A DNA stretch of 64,000 bases from Phyllosticta citribraziliensis (taxonomy: Eukaryota). The stretch spans positions 930,001-994,000 of the forward strand of contig NW_027117345.1 of NCBI RefSeq assembly GCF_038025025.1. The letters are read 5' to 3'. The position numbers were made by a program, and so were the translations under genes. Below, piece after piece: positions 62,088 to 64,000 of the stretch (position 1 is the first letter of the stretch; every line of letters starts with the position of its first letter). Below the pieces are notes generated by a model. It had not been told where the DNA came from, ran no database searches, and was given only the letters and a program-made list of their open reading frames with translations.

Positions 62088-64000
62088 GTTGGCGGGGATG
62101 CAGAGCAGATGCAGTCAATGGCGGAGGGCAAGGGCAAACACCACGCGGACCAGTCGACAGAGGCGAGACGTCGACGCGAGAGTCGTGACGACGGTGATGC
62201 GGATGATCAACACGGGGATTCGATTCGAGTCAATCGTCGCTCCGCCAAAGCGCCGCCGCGACTCAAGCACAACCTCAACCGGCCAGTCTCGACCATCCCC
62301 CATCCCCATCCGCATCCCTTGCCAACTCTTTTTGCTCTCCATCCCCGTCGTCTCACTTCAGCTCTGCCTCGACACAACAGCCAGCGGCCGCCGGTCAAGA
62401 AGGTCCAAACTCAGAAGACGCGGGCAATCAGGCTGAGACACAAATGATCAACTGTGGCAGGCGGGCCGACGCACATCACTTCATATCCAACGACCGCCGA
62501 CTGCTCGACTCTTGGTGCCCTTGTTCCCCTGCTTTGGACGGCTCTCTGGTCTGGCTGCATTTCTGGCCGCTTCCACACCACGACGCCACGTGCGGATACC
62601 ATAGTCGGCCTGACATGCTGCTCGCCCATGTGGCGCCTCGAGGGCTTCCGGCCAAGAAGCTCGAGCTCGAGCCCCGTCGTCCATTGCCTTCCATCTCGTC
62701 CATCGAACAACTTGAGGACGCCACCGCGGCCGGCCGGACGGGCGTGCGTGCTGCTTTGGACGCTCGGAGTCGTCCGTTCATCTTGCTGCTGCGAGCAGTC
62801 AGCCTGCCAGCATGCATACCCGCAGCCTGGCCATGCAGTTCTTGAATCTCGCGTGTGCTTGCATGCCCATACATTGCTGAGAGGCCAAGAGGCAAGTCTC
62901 GCGGGTTCCCCCCCAATCCCTGCTTCCCATTGTTTTCTTTTTTTCTCCGTCCATCAAAATTGCTCCTATCGCTTCCCTGCCGTCGTCGATCTGGCATATT
63001 GGCATCCAACCACCTCGTCCATCTCATCCGCAGTAGCTGGTCGGCACGATAATCCGCAATCCGCTCCCGCCCTGTTGTGCACCCACCACCGCACACCCAC
63101 CTCCAGCATCGCCAGAAGTCCAACTCGTGGGGCGTCTCGAGGAAACATGAATCATGTCGCTCGCTGCCCATCACGCCGTGCACCCACCCGCCCACCCGAG
63201 CACGTCTGTTTCGTCAAACACCCGTCCTCTGCATTCCCCGCCGCTGCATCGGCCTGTTGCACTCTGAGTGGACGGCATGACATTCATGTATGCACGTGGA
63301 GCCTCCTTGCTTGCTTGTCGCCGTGTGCGCGTGGCAATGATGTGTCTGGCCCTTCTGCGGGCACGCTATTCAAGTGATACGTATGTAATAGGCTGTTGAG
63401 TCTTGTCCCTCAACACTGCGGCGCCGGAGCGTGCTGGTTTGGTTGGACGTCTTGTTGGGCGAGCGAGATTTGTCTGGGCTAAATGACTTGCTGACTCGGT
63501 CAGTGGACATGCACATGCTGGAGCCGTACCACATTTCCCTGCACGTAGCCTCCTTCTCCGGGCTCGGCTGTGTAGATGAGTAGGGAAGCAGGTAAGCGTG
63601 CAAGAATGGGAAGGGAATGAATGCGGGACAGAAACACTCCGAGAGAAAGGAGTTGTCAAGCTGCTAAACGGCATGCTGTTCACGTAAAAAAAACACTTCT
63701 TCCCCTGTCCCGAAGCGGGCGTGGGATGCTTCCATTGCCGCGGGGAAGACAGCTTCTCAGGAGGCTCAACCGCTCGCCCACACGCCCGCATCCAAAAAGC
63801 ACATGCGCATGCGCATCAGCGGGTCCAACAGCAGCAACCACCACTCATTCGCCAGTAGCCCCAGCAGGAGCTGGATCGGGAGCAATCCACGCCCTCCTCC
63901 CAGGACCAGAGCTTTACTCTCTCATGTGCGTCTGCCCAACGTTAGGCCAAAACTCAGGTAGGCACCCAGCACGCCCACCCATCCGCGCGTTCGACGTGAA

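Noticed and set aside
62444..63791. Overlapping 307-aa (+) and 239-aa (-) ORFs
   Set aside because: Cys/His/Pro/Arg-rich, non-protein-like composition, weak or non-ATG starts and no motifs; probably GC-rich intergenic or promoter DNA.

Overview
Gene-dense genomic DNA from a filamentous ascomycete. Short GT-AG introns of about 50 nt with CTRAC/CTAAC branch points support this; a Dothideomycete/Botryosphaeriaceae-like origin is my inference only. About 21 intron-aware gene models can be built by hand. The left half (3-33 kb) is an accessory, secretome-rich block. It holds a ~1,990-aa secreted repeat protein, LAMTOR1/Ego1, a Cys-rich disordered protein, a secreted polyproline protein, a GPI-type S41 peptidase, a co-oriented decarboxylase / acyltransferase / DUF1772 trio, a kelch-type membrane protein and a GH71 alpha-1,3-glucanase. 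The right half is mostly housekeeping: Usa1/HERP-like, PSD1, phosphate carrier, GH13_5 amylase, Spd1-like RNR inhibitor, RBM39/Pad-1, SCS7, LUC7, GPI16, a GPI beta-repeat protein and a PP2C. I recognised no tRNA, rRNA, snRNA, transposase or CRISPR. The best leads are the giant protein with ~22 copies of a conserved SGTEGNRSG motif, the tailoring-enzyme trio with no backbone synthase, the polyproline secreted protein, a structured 198-nt intron, and a structured, 5' splice-site-rich region downstream of LUC7. All family calls come from motif recognition, not database searches.
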